Below are positions 1 to 9,021 of a stretch of 32,000 nt of DNA, piece by piece. Source of the DNA: an archaeon (GTDB lineage Archaea; Iainarchaeota; Iainarchaeia; Iainarchaeales; CSSED10-239). The DNA lies in assembly GCA_035400625.1 (NCBI GenBank), contig DAOMZT010000004.1:30001-62000 (forward strand). The letters run 5' to 3'. The first letter of the stretch is position 1. Each line of letters starts with the position of its first letter. The position numbers and the translations under genes are program-made. The notes below the pieces were generated by a model. That model worked only from the letters and a program-made list of their open reading frames with translations, was not told the DNA's origin and searched no databases.

Positions 1-317
1 TGAGCATCATTGTTTATTCCAATAAGTAGCTCAAGACCCTTAACTTGCTTTTGAATAATTACTTTGCCTTTAACATTTTCTTTCTTTAGAACATTTTGAA
101 GATTTTCAAAGGCATCTTTAAGTGCTTTTTTTGTATAAATGTCTGTATAAACTGCTTTACTTTCTGTCTTATGCACAAGAGATGAGCTAAGCTTAAGAAC
201 ATACGGGAAATCAGAGAATTTATCTATATCTTTTTTGGAGATTGCTTTTGACTCCAAATATGAGATTTTATTACTCTTAATATACTTTAAAGAATCTTCT
301 AAGTTTAACCAAGCCAT
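1..317 (-). CDS. 5' portion of a CDS that runs off the window edge. ATP-grasp module resembling ADP-forming acetyl-CoA synthetase / acetate-CoA ligase family proteins.
   Basis: Not in the ORF track because there is no stop inside the window. Hand translation from ATG (317-315, minus) is open to position 1: MAWLNLEDSLKYIKSNKISYLESKAISKKDIDKFSDFPYVLKLSSSLCIRQKVKQFIQTFIQKKHFKDAFENLQNVLKKENVKGKVIIQKQVKGLELLIGINNDA. The flanks (DFPYVLKL... and ...VIIQKQVKGLELLIGINND) match my recall of ACD-type ATP-grasp domains. The middle 20 aa do not (see finding at 118-185). Confidence 0.4.
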   Translation of the reverse strand, partial: MAWLNLEDSLKYIKSNKISYLESKAISKKDIDKFSDFPYVLKLSSSLVHKTESKAVYTDIYTKKALKDAFENLQNVLKKENVKGKVIIQKQVKGLELLIGINNDA

Positions 318-531
318 TTTTTTCACTTTTTGTATAAAAATAATATTTAAAAACCCATATATACCTATAAATATATATATTATAAATATATCTAAATTCT
401 TATAAAAGTTTAGATTCTAGAAATAGAACACAGGTTTTAAAATAATTGTGTTTAACTATTTTATTATTATATTTAAAATGTATCTAATTATAGACACATA
501 TAACATACAAAAACAAAGGAGAGAAGATAAA

Positions 532-1833
532 ATGAAATTACATTGCCTAGGGGCTGGACAAGAAGTTGGAAGAAGCGCCCTATTATTAAAAGGCAAAGAC
601 AACATTCTATTGGATTATGGTTTGAAACTTAATCCTACAACACATGTACAAGCAGATATGGAATTACCTGCAAAGACTGAGCACCCTAAAGCTATAAAAG
701 AACCATTAACTGTAATTATTTTAAGCCATGCTCATCTTGATCATTCAGGGGCAATTCCATCACTTTACATAGATGCAGGCGCACCATTGTTTTTAACAGA
801 AGCAACTTTAGAACTTTCAAATCTTTTATGGAAGGATACTCTTAAGATTGCAAAATTAACTGGAGAAGATTGTGGGTTTAAGCCTCAGCATGTAGATAAC
901 ACAAACAACTCTGCATTCTATATAGATTACAGAGTGCCTGTACAGATTTCACCACACACAAAGATAACCTTTTTTGATGCAGGACATATCGTTGGTAGTG
1001 TTATGGCTCTTATAGAAACAGAAAAAAAGAAAATACTTTATACAGGAGACTTTAGAGCAACAGAAAGCCGGATGTTTAGAGGCTATGATAGAAGGCTTCC
1101 ACAAGTTGATGTTTTAATTACTGAGACTACTTATGCTGATGCACCACACCAAGACAGAAAAGAACAGGAAAAAGAACTAATAGATGATATAAAAGAAACA
1201 CTTGATAACAGAGGAATTGTTATTCTTCCTGCTTTTGCTATTGAAAGATCCCAAGAGCTTGTAAGTATTCTTGACAAACACAATATTAAAGTTCCTGTTT
1301 ATCTTGATGGCATGGCAAAAAAAGCAACAACTATTTTTGCACAATATCCAAACCAGTTTGTTGAATATGCAAGATTCAAAAAAGCAGTTGACAGAATTGA
1401 GTTTGTTAAAAACCAAAAAAAAAGAGAAAAAATTATTTCTGCTAATAAACCTTGCATAATCATAACAACCGCAGGAATGCTTGAAGGTGGGCCGGTCTTA
1501 GGTTATATTAGAGACTTAGGAGATGATCCAAGAAACAAAATAATTTTAACAGGTTATCAAGTAGAAGGCACAAACGGCAAAAGACTTTTAGATAAAGGAA
1601 AGCTTTACATTGATGGCAAGATTTACACGCCAAGAGCAAAAGTCACAAAACACAGCTTATCTGCACATGCTGATAAATCAGAATTACTTGAGCTTATAAA
1701 AAAAGTAAAACCAAAGAAAGTAATCTGTGTCCATGGAGATAAAGACATCACTTTTTATTTCAAGAATGAGCTTAAAAAACTTGGAATCAAAGCAGAAAAT
1801 CCTGCTGTTGGAGACATTATTGATTTGGATTAG
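532..1833 (+). CDS. Metallo-beta-lactamase / beta-CASP RNA-processing nuclease (archaeal aCPSF2-like, no KH domains)
   Basis: ORF track 448..1833 starts at GTG. I prefer ATG at 532 (MKLHCLGAGQEVGRS), which is preceded by AAGGAGAG about 9 nt upstream. Motifs: HAHLDHSG (HxHxDH), FFDAGHIVGS, TETTY, ERSQEL (beta-CASP motif A), SAHAD (motif B), VHGD (motif C). Confidence 0.85.
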   Translation: MKLHCLGAGQEVGRSALLLKGKDNILLDYGLKLNPTTHVQADMELPAKTEHPKAIKEPLTVIILSHAHLDHSGAIPSLYIDAGAPLFLTEATLELSNLLWKDTLKIAKLTGEDCGFKPQHVDNTNNSAFYIDYRVPVQISPHTKITFFDAGHIVGSVMALIETEKKKILYTGDFRATESRMFRGYDRRLPQVDVLITETTYADAPHQDRKEQEKELIDDIKETLDNRGIVILPAFAIERSQELVSILDKHNIKVPVYLDGMAKKATTIFAQYPNQFVEYARFKKAVDRIEFVKNQKKREKIISANKPCIIITTAGMLEGGPVLGYIRDLGDDPRNKIILTGYQVEGTNGKRLLDKGKLYIDGKIYTPRAKVTKHSLSAHADKSELLELIKKVKPKKVICVHGDKDITFYFKNELKKLGIKAENPAVGDIIDLD

Positions 1834-1847
1834 GGGTATATAAAAAT

Positions 1848-2594
1848 ATGGAAAGATTTTGTCCAAAATGTGGAAAGACAATTCCTGAAGAAAGAATGAT
1901 TAATAATTTCTGTTTGAATTGTTATATCGAAGACAATCAGGTAATCACTGCCCCAAAATTTGAAATCACATATTGCCCTAAATGCCAAAAACTAAAATAT
2001 GCAAGAAAAATATATGATAATGTAGAGAATCTAGAAAAAGAACTAGTAAAACACATAAGAATCAAAGACCTTGAACAGGCAAAGGCAAATGTCTCTCTGA
2101 TCTTAGATTTTGATAAGCACGAATATTATGTAAAAGTGCTGGTTAAAGCATTGATTGCAAGAACCATACAACAAATCGCAATGGAAAAAGACATTTCTTT
2201 AAGAATTGATAATTGTGAAAACTGCCTAAAGCTTTCTAGCAACTATTATACAGTAATTTTGCAACTAAGATTTGAATCTAAGGAACTACTTAAAGAACTA
2301 CAGCCTGTTCTAGTTAATCAAATTAAAAATCAGGTAAAGACAATTAACTATGCAGAAGCAAACAAAAACAAGCCATTTTTTATTGCTAAAACAGTTGAAC
2401 AAAAAAACGGAATTGATTTTTATTTTAATGACTCTGATCATGCAGAAAAGGTCAGAAAAACTTTGCTTTACAATAAGCACGTAAAGACCTGGCAAAAGAC
2501 AAGAACCCTAATTACTGCAGATAAAGACGGAAAAAGAAAATATCGCCACACAATCTGTTTACATTTTGGGTGGCCATCTCAAAATAAAAAATAA
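1848..2594 (+). CDS. NMD3-family protein (archaeal homolog of the 60S export adaptor), short form
   Basis: N-terminal Cys clusters CPKCG...FCLNCY...YCPKCQK followed by an NMD3-like body. Starts 14 nt after the nuclease gene, with AGGGGT upstream of the ATG. At 248 aa it is shorter than the archaeal NMD3 proteins I recall. Confidence 0.6.
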   Translation: MERFCPKCGKTIPEERMINNFCLNCYIEDNQVITAPKFEITYCPKCQKLKYARKIYDNVENLEKELVKHIRIKDLEQAKANVSLILDFDKHEYYVKVLVKALIARTIQQIAMEKDISLRIDNCENCLKLSSNYYTVILQLRFESKELLKELQPVLVNQIKNQVKTINYAEANKNKPFFIAKTVEQKNGIDFYFNDSDHAEKVRKTLLYNKHVKTWQKTRTLITADKDGKRKYRHTICLHFGWPSQNKK

Positions 2595-2599
2595 AAAAA

Positions 2600-3256
2600 T
2601 TAAAATAGTGCTTTAACTTTTTTAATTTTATCTCTTTTTGAAACAATTATTATCTTTTGACCTTCTTGAAGTGTATCTGTGTCTTTATAAACATTAAATA
2701 CTTTGTTTTTATAATAGCCAATTATATTACTGCCATCAGGTAATAATTTTCTAAACTGAGGAATATGTAATCCTACATGCTTAGTGTCTTTTTTAATCTT
2801 AAACTCAACAATTTCTGCATCACCCATAGAAAAGAAAGACATGTCAAGAATTCCTTTTTCTGCAATTAGTTGTGCAATAAAACCGGCTGCTGCATAGTCT
2901 GGCTGAATAACATAATCAATCTTTAATTTATCAAAAACATCATTTTTATAATTTATTTTTCTTAGCATCACAGCAACTTTTTTTATGCCATACTCTTTTG
3001 CTATTAAACCAACTACTAGGTTTAGTTCATCGTTGTCTGTTAATGCTACAATAATATCTGCATGATCAAATCCTGCTTTCTTTAATATTCCTACATCTGT
3101 TGGGTCTCCTGTTATTGTTACGATATCTGTATCGTAAGTCATTTGCTTTGTGATTACAGGATCTTTTTCAATAAGAACAACTTCATGATCCTCAGCATCA
3201 AGTAATTTAATTAAATGTTTTGCAACATTACTAGTTCCTACAATTATTATATACAT
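2600..3256 (-). CDS. trkA: Trk/Ktr K+ uptake regulatory subunit (RCK: TrkA-N plus TrkA-C)
   Basis: 218 aa, Rossmann-like N-terminus MYIIIVGTSNVAKHLIKLLDAEDHEVVLIEKD, and a C-terminal TrkA-C-like half. Its start lies 1 nt after the trkH stop, consistent with an operon. Confidence 0.8.
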   Translation of the reverse strand: MYIIIVGTSNVAKHLIKLLDAEDHEVVLIEKDPVITKQMTYDTDIVTITGDPTDVGILKKAGFDHADIIVALTDNDELNLVVGLIAKEYGIKKVAVMLRKINYKNDVFDKLKIDYVIQPDYAAAGFIAQLIAEKGILDMSFFSMGDAEIVEFKIKKDTKHVGLHIPQFRKLLPDGSNIIGYYKNKVFNVYKDTDTLQEGQKIIIVSKRDKIKKVKALF

Positions 3257-3257
3257 T

Positions 3258-4691
3258 TCATCTTCCTCCTACTCTTTGAAATATCATGCCTATTAAACCA
3301 AATATTGTAATTATTTCTAATCTCCCAACCCACATATTAAATATCAAAACCATTTTTGCAAATAATGGCATACCGTGGTTTACAAGCCCTGTTTCTATTC
3401 CAATATTTCCTTGGGTTGAAACAACTTCAAATATGCTTGCTGATAAAGGATAGCCATATGCTGTTAAAATTAATACTCCAAAAACCATAAAAATGACATA
3501 GCTTACAATAAAAAAATATAAAGCCCTTATATCTGCATTTTCAACAACTTTTCCATCAAATTTTCTAGAAACATTTGATAAATCTGGAAGCCTTATCTCT
3601 CTAATTTGCCAAATAACAGATTTCATAAGAAGTAAAAATCTGCCTTGAGTAATACCACCAGAAGTAGAACCCTTAGACCCGCCTACAAACATTAAAAATA
3701 TCAACAAGAAAAATAAGATGGGAGCAAGACCCATAATCGGCTCTGGAGAAAAACCTGTAAACCCACCACCAAGAGTACCAGCCACTAACAATGTTATGCT
3801 TTGCCAAGAGTATATTTTTCCCAAATGTTTAAAGAAAATAAAAAATACAACAATTATCATTAAACACATTGAAATAAACTGTGGATCTTTAAAATATACA
3901 AACGGATTTTTTTCTTTGTAGATCCTGTAATGAGTAACAAAAGAAATTGAACCTAAGAAAATAATTAAAGACATTATTAGTTGAACACTACTTTGATAGA
4001 GATAATCATTATTTGGCATGTCATGGCCTGTTGTTGATATTGCTGACATTGTGTAAGTTACAGAATTAAATAAATCAACACCAACAAGCAACATTAGAAT
4101 AACGCCTATTAATGTAAGAATTATGTAAATTATCCAAATTGCTCTAACTGACCCTTTATAGCCACCACTAAGTTGATCATACCCTCCTGCTCTAACTATT
4201 CTTTTGGATGTAAAAGCATCAGAGCTAAATATTCCATAATATGCAATTAAAATAATACCAATACCACCTATCCAGGAAAGAATAGCTCTCCATAAATGCC
4301 AGCTATTTACTTTGACAATAAAAGGCAAGGTTGTTGTTCCAGTAGTTGTTAATATTGAAGTGGTATCAAAAAAAGAATCAATAAAATTATATCCAAAAAC
4401 AAAATATGGCAAGGTGGTTAAAGCAGCAAAAATTAACCAAACACTTGCAACAATAATAAGATAATGTATAGAACCTAAAGTTACATTTTTGTTTTTAGGA
4501 ATAAGCCCATAAAGAATAAGCCCAACCAAAAAAGCAACTCCAAAAGAAATAAGATAACTAAAAATATAGTTTGTTGGCTCTTTAAATATTATTGCAAAAA
4601 TAAACGGAATTAGAAATATAAAACTACTGTATAAAATTACTTGCCCAATCTGCTTAAGCACTTGATTAATATGCCATCTTGTGTAATACAT
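3258..4691 (-). CDS. trkH: TrkH/KtrB-family K+ transporter membrane subunit
   Basis: 477 aa, polytopic and hydrophobic, with repeated pore-loop-like segments (TTTGTTT, ISTTGHD, GSTSGGITQGR, STQGNIG) typical of the four M1-P-M2 repeats of TrkH/KtrB. Confidence 0.85.
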   Translation of the reverse strand: MYYTRWHINQVLKQIGQVILYSSFIFLIPFIFAIIFKEPTNYIFSYLISFGVAFLVGLILYGLIPKNKNVTLGSIHYLIIVASVWLIFAALTTLPYFVFGYNFIDSFFDTTSILTTTGTTTLPFIVKVNSWHLWRAILSWIGGIGIILIAYYGIFSSDAFTSKRIVRAGGYDQLSGGYKGSVRAIWIIYIILTLIGVILMLLVGVDLFNSVTYTMSAISTTGHDMPNNDYLYQSSVQLIMSLIIFLGSISFVTHYRIYKEKNPFVYFKDPQFISMCLMIIVVFFIFFKHLGKIYSWQSITLLVAGTLGGGFTGFSPEPIMGLAPILFFLLIFLMFVGGSKGSTSGGITQGRFLLLMKSVIWQIREIRLPDLSNVSRKFDGKVVENADIRALYFFIVSYVIFMVFGVLILTAYGYPLSASIFEVVSTQGNIGIETGLVNHGMPLFAKMVLIFNMWVGRLEIITIFGLIGMIFQRVGGR

Positions 4692-4763
4692 TTTATCATC
4701 AAAATATATGTAATATACTACAAAATATAATATCTAAACCTTTAAATGCTTTGCTTTTTATAG

Positions 4764-4838
4764 CAGGTCGGGCGGGATTCGAACCCGCGATCCCAAGCTT
4801 AGGAGGCTTGTGCATTATCCAAACTATGCTACCGACCT
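4764..4838 (-). tRNA. tRNA-Arg (anticodon CCU)
   Basis: Hand-folded cloverleaf on the minus strand: AGGTCGG TA GCAT AGTTTGGATA ATGC A CAAGC CTCCTAA GCTTG GGATC GCGGG TTCGAAT CCCGC CCGACCT G. It has a 7-bp acceptor stem (A1-U72), 4-bp D stem, 5-bp anticodon stem, loop C-U-CCU-A-A, T-loop TTCGAAT and discriminator G. There is no intron and no encoded CCA. Confidence 0.9.
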
Positions 4839-4858
4839 TTTTTTAGAAAAGAATAACC

Positions 4859-4866
4859 TTTTTAAA
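4859..4866 (-). promoter_or_regulatory. Candidate archaeal TATA box for the tRNA-Arg gene
   Basis: The minus strand reads gtaTTTAAAAAgg, with the box ending about 20 nt upstream of tRNA position 1 (centre about -25). The same AT-rich spacer also carries TATTTAAAAATA about 20-30 nt upstream of the divergent adk ATG. Confidence 0.3.
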
Positions 4867-4933
4867 TACTAAGTTTTTCTATATATAATATATTTATAAT
4901 AGTATTTAAAAATATAAAGGCAATGCATTAAAC

Positions 4934-5503
4934 ATGACTAAGAAAATATTAATTATGCTTGGACCAGCAGGAAGCGGGAAAAGCACACAGAATAAACTTA
5001 TTGAAAAGGAATTTGGATACAAACCATTTATCATGGGTGACATTCTAAGAGAAGAAGTTAAGAAAGGAACAGCTCTAGGCAAAAGAATACATGAAATGAT
5101 AAAAGATGGGCACTTGGTAACTTTAGAAATTGCAAGCGACTTGATATTTGATAAAGTAAAAAAATCCAAAGCCAAAAAAATATTAATGGATGGGTTTCCA
5201 AGAGAATTTTATCAATCAGTTGTTTTCGATTATTTTATAAAAACAAACAACTATAAGTTGATGGGAGTAATACATCTTAACCTCTCTAGAAAGGAAAGCA
5301 TAAAGAGACTATTACTAAGAAAAAGAAGTGATGATGACTTAAAGGCCATTAATCAAAGACTTGATGACTATCACAACATTACAAAAAAAGCAATAAACAA
5401 ATACAGAAAAGAAAAGAAGCTTATAGAAATTAATGGAGAACAAACAATAGAAGATGTTTTCAAAGAAATAAAAACAAAACTAAATAAAATTAAAGGTATA
5501 TAA
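4934..5503 (+). CDS. adk: Adenylate kinase, short-LID type (NMP kinase family)
   Basis: P-loop GPAGSGKSTQ, NMP-binding region GDILREEV..GTALGKRI, GFPRE motif, and a short LID (LRKRSDDD). 189 aa. Confidence 0.8.
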   Translation: MTKKILIMLGPAGSGKSTQNKLIEKEFGYKPFIMGDILREEVKKGTALGKRIHEMIKDGHLVTLEIASDLIFDKVKKSKAKKILMDGFPREFYQSVVFDYFIKTNNYKLMGVIHLNLSRKESIKRLLLRKRSDDDLKAINQRLDDYHNITKKAINKYRKEKKLIEINGEQTIEDVFKEIKTKLNKIKGI

Positions 5504-5506
5504 AAT

Positions 5507-7135
5507 ATGATTCAAGATCCAAGGATTATAGACAACATAAAGAAACTAAAAGAACTGGGAATGAGTGATGAAGACATTAAAGGTAATCTTATAAAGATGG
5601 GACTTTCTTCCGAGGATTGCGATGAACTAATTGCTGCTTCAAACGGGAACGAAACTATTAAAGAAGAGAATGAACCAAAAAAAGAAAAACCAAAGAAAGA
5701 AGAACCAGTGAAAAGCGAACCAAAAAAAACAGAAATAGAAGAAACACCAAAAGATCTATTTGAAGAGGAACATAAAATTGATGCAATAAAAGAAGAAGTT
5801 CCATTTTCTATGAAAGATGATTTCTCTGAAATTCCTGATTTAACTATTGGATTAGATATTGATCAATTAAGTAAAAATGAAATGGACTTTAGTTTTGATA
5901 CACCAAGTTTACCAAAAGAAGAAGAAAAGGTTACTTTTAAAAAATCAAAAAATAAAAATACAGATATTACAAAAAGCTTAGATTTGGATAAAATAAATGT
6001 ATCTAAATTAGTTAATACAACGCCTTCTGAAACACTAAAAGAATTGGATTCCAACTCAAATGTCTGGGCATCAGGATTAGCAACCACATTAAATGCAAGA
6101 TTACACGAAATAGATGAAAAACAGGAAAAATTTGAAAGGCTACTTAAAAAGAAAATGGATGATGAGATAAACAAATTAAAACAGATACAGGAAACTTCTA
6201 AACAATTATTAGCTCAAAAAATTGATGAAGAGCTTGTAAGTAGAACAGCAAACATTAACTCTCAATTAACAAAACAACTTGCATTAATAAAAGTAGAATT
6301 AATAAAAATTAATAAAAAATCAGACCAGATGACTACTGGTAGACAAGAAGTTGAAGAACTTATAAAAAATCTAAAAGATATACAAACACAAGTTGTAGAA
6401 AATAACAATAAATCTCAAGAAAATATTAACAAGATGGTGTTATCAACCTCTGTAAAGTTAAACACGAAAATTAAAGAAATTAACGACATCTTATCTTTGC
6501 AATCTAAAATTACACAAGGACTAATAAAAAACACCCAAAATGCAATAGCTAAGGAAATAAAAAAATTCCATCAATTTAAAGAAGAAATTGAAAGTAAAAT
6601 TAATCCTCAACAGATGTATGATAAATTAAATCAACTAGAAACATTTAAGCAACAACTAGCAAACAGATATGAGGCACGTTTTGAAAATGTTAAAAAACAA
6701 TTTTTGGTTAAAGCAAAAGATGCTTTTAAAGAAGAGATTGAAACTCAGCTAAAAGAATTAAAAAATATTAAAGAGACAATAGTTTCAAAAACAGACCCTA
6801 AACTGATTAGTGATAAATTAGAAGAACTTGAATCTTTCCAAAACCAATTAATCTCAGCAATTGATGAAAAAATATCTCAATCTCTAAAAATCTATCAATC
6901 AGCAATAACTCAGGAAATCACTTCTAAGTCAAAAGCCATTGATGAAGAAGTTATTAAAGTTGAAAATGCAATCTTAAAATTAGGAGAAGCAGAAGATAAG
7001 ATAAAAGAATTAAATCAATTTAAAGACCAGTTTATTGCAATAATTGATAAAAATATAGAAAAAATGAATAATACTTACACTAAGTTTGAAGGAAAACTAA
7101 AAGAAATAGAAGAAAAACAAAAAATGATGATATAA
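5507..7135 (+). CDS. Hypothetical Lys/Glu-rich coiled-coil protein with a small N-terminal helical domain and three C-terminal repeats of about 62 aa
   Basis: 542 aa and starts 3 nt after adk. Heptad-like K/E/Q/L/I composition throughout. Repeated motif DKLNQLETFKQQL / DKLEELESFQNQL / DKIKELNQFKDQF at nt 6620-6658, 6812-6850 and 6995-7033. I recognise no family. Confidence 0.7.
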   Translation: MIQDPRIIDNIKKLKELGMSDEDIKGNLIKMGLSSEDCDELIAASNGNETIKEENEPKKEKPKKEEPVKSEPKKTEIEETPKDLFEEEHKIDAIKEEVPFSMKDDFSEIPDLTIGLDIDQLSKNEMDFSFDTPSLPKEEEKVTFKKSKNKNTDITKSLDLDKINVSKLVNTTPSETLKELDSNSNVWASGLATTLNARLHEIDEKQEKFERLLKKKMDDEINKLKQIQETSKQLLAQKIDEELVSRTANINSQLTKQLALIKVELIKINKKSDQMTTGRQEVEELIKNLKDIQTQVVENNNKSQENINKMVLSTSVKLNTKIKEINDILSLQSKITQGLIKNTQNAIAKEIKKFHQFKEEIESKINPQQMYDKLNQLETFKQQLANRYEARFENVKKQFLVKAKDAFKEEIETQLKELKNIKETIVSKTDPKLISDKLEELESFQNQLISAIDEKISQSLKIYQSAITQEITSKSKAIDEEVIKVENAILKLGEAEDKIKELNQFKDQFIAIIDKNIEKMNNTYTKFEGKLKEIEEKQKMMI

Positions 7136-9013
7136 TCAGTTTCTTTTTATCTTAAAAATGCCTAATACGAAAAATAATATTATCAATAGGCAAATAAAGA
7201 TTATACCAAATAATATTGAATTTCTAAGAGATAACAAACCTAGTAGCTTTGATCTCTCTTTTTCGGGCTCTTCTGTTAGCTTAAAAAGTATTGGTTGCTC
7301 TAAGACATTTCCATTGTTTGCTACAAATCTTAATTTTGCATCAATATCTTCTTTTGGAACATCTCCGATATTAACCTTTACTGAGATTGTTTTTGTTTCT
7401 CCAGGATTTAATGTTATTACTTGATCTGCAACAATATCTACGCCTTGAGGAACATTTGATAACTCAATATTGGTGATTGTTACTTTATTTCCTTTATTTC
7501 TTAAAGTTATATCAAATTCTTGTGAACTGTTTGGTTCAACTGTTAGTTTTTTAGGATATGATAATAATTCTATGTTTATTGTTTCTGAAACCTTAACTAC
7601 ATTAATTGTATATTGTAATTCTTCAGAAAAACCACTTGATTTTCCTTTTATCTTTACATTTAGAGAAGATAATCTAAGTTGTGTGAATTCTCCTGAAGAA
7701 ACATATATTGTTAGATATTTGCTTGAATGTTTATCAACATTAATCTTTTTGTTCTCAATTGTTGCCTTTAAATCGTTATTTGGTAAAAATTCTATTTCTA
7801 TATCTTCAGATAAATCACCGTTATTTTTAAGTAATATCATAATTGGAAGTGGCTTGCCAATTGTAAGATTTAGATTTGGTTCACTTAGGCTTTCTACTTT
7901 AAAACCATATTTTGGATTTACTATTAATTTCACGGTTTTTGAAATTGACTTAAGGCCGTCAAAAAAGTCTAATTTTATATTATAGGTTCCTGACCTGCAG
8001 TCTTCTGAAACATTAAATGTAAATTTAATAGTTTTACTTTGATTAGGCTCTAATGTAAATTTACGATTAGAGATATCAACATATATTCCAGAATTAACAT
8101 TATCTTCTGAAATATAAAATGTTCTGGTTGTGTTAGAAATGTTTTTCAAAGTATAAGAAAGGGTTTTACTTTGCCCTTTACTTATGTTTTGGGTGGTTGT
8201 TGCAGGTCCTGACACAGTAAAATCATTGTTTGGCTCTGGGCAATCTTCTGCATAAAGTGAAAATTCTTTTGTTACTTCTATCTTCTCATTTTTTATTCTT
8301 AAGGTTAAATCTAATTTTTCTTTATCTGTTACATTGTCTGAAACAATCACAGAATAATCTATTTCTTTTTCATCTTTTAAATATACTGGATTAGAATATT
8401 CTGAACTTATTACTAATTTTGGACTGCTTAAATAAATGTTGTATAGTCCATCACTATAGTCGTTCTCTATATCAAGAGTTATTGTGTTTGTTCTACCGAT
8501 ACAAACATTTGTATTTGAGATATCTACTGAAAACTCTCCATCTTCTTCATCTTCTGTAACTTCTATATCTTGTCTAAATTGCTTTATTTCTTGATTTTCT
8601 GAATTTAGTAATTTGATATAAACTATTACTTCAGAATGTGATTCCTCAAGAGCAGAAACATAAAAAGAACCAGTAAATTCTGAATTCTCTGGAAGAGTGT
8701 ATTTCTTAGAATAATTACACTCTAACTCATCTTCTTCACAATCTACCCAAACATGTATTTTTGCAACAAAGGAATTGTTGTTCTTAATTGTAAAACCTAT
8801 CTTTGTGCTGGTGTCTTGCATTAAGGAGTAGGTTTCCTTATCAAAGACAAAGTCAATATTTTCTATTTTTGGCTCATTTGTTTCCGCAAAAACTGCTCTT
8901 GCAGTAAATACAGACAATAAAATAAATATACCAATAATAAGATACTTTAATTTATTGTGATTTGGTTTTTTATAATATTTTTGAAAATCATTTAATTTTG
9001 TTTGCATAAACAT
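7136..9013 (-). CDS. Cell-surface protein: signal peptide, multiple beta-sandwich (CARDB/NEW3/COG1470-like) repeats, C-terminal TM anchor
   Basis: N-terminus KLKYLIIGIFILLSVFTARAVFAE. About 6-7 repeats of roughly 80-100 aa with the recurring pattern ...T(I/L)x(F/L)x(I/L)xN.g....(I/V).(I/L)... (TKIGFTIKNN, NTITLDIEND, SKTLSYTLKNIS, LPIMILLKNNGD, SQEFDITLRNKGN). C-terminus ILFGIIFICLLIILFFVLGIFKIKRN. Confidence 0.7.
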   Translation of the reverse strand: MFMQTKLNDFQKYYKKPNHNKLKYLIIGIFILLSVFTARAVFAETNEPKIENIDFVFDKETYSLMQDTSTKIGFTIKNNNSFVAKIHVWVDCEEDELECNYSKKYTLPENSEFTGSFYVSALEESHSEVIVYIKLLNSENQEIKQFRQDIEVTEDEEDGEFSVDISNTNVCIGRTNTITLDIENDYSDGLYNIYLSSPKLVISSEYSNPVYLKDEKEIDYSVIVSDNVTDKEKLDLTLRIKNEKIEVTKEFSLYAEDCPEPNNDFTVSGPATTTQNISKGQSKTLSYTLKNISNTTRTFYISEDNVNSGIYVDISNRKFTLEPNQSKTIKFTFNVSEDCRSGTYNIKLDFFDGLKSISKTVKLIVNPKYGFKVESLSEPNLNLTIGKPLPIMILLKNNGDLSEDIEIEFLPNNDLKATIENKKINVDKHSSKYLTIYVSSGEFTQLRLSSLNVKIKGKSSGFSEELQYTINVVKVSETINIELLSYPKKLTVEPNSSQEFDITLRNKGNKVTITNIELSNVPQGVDIVADQVITLNPGETKTISVKVNIGDVPKEDIDAKLRFVANNGNVLEQPILFKLTEEPEKERSKLLGLLSLRNSILFGIIFICLLIILFFVLGIFKIKRN

Positions 9014-9021
9014 TTCCTCTT

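Noticed and set aside
1177-2495. Track ORFs 1177-1416(-), 1271-1459(+), 1684-1881(-) and 2310-2495(-)
   Set aside because: They are embedded in, or antisense to, the beta-CASP nuclease and NMD3 genes. They are short and low-complexity, with no independent start context.
4692-4933. tRNA-Arg as an integration hotspot or genomic-island boundary
   Set aside because: Both flanks are housekeeping genes (trkH, adk). I saw no integrase, no direct repeat of the tRNA 3' end, and no obvious compositional break.
7158-7985. Plus-strand ORFs 7158-7424 and 7470-7985
   Set aside because: They are antisense to the 625-aa surface-protein gene, which has a coherent signal peptide, repeat and anchor architecture. 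They have no motifs of their own.
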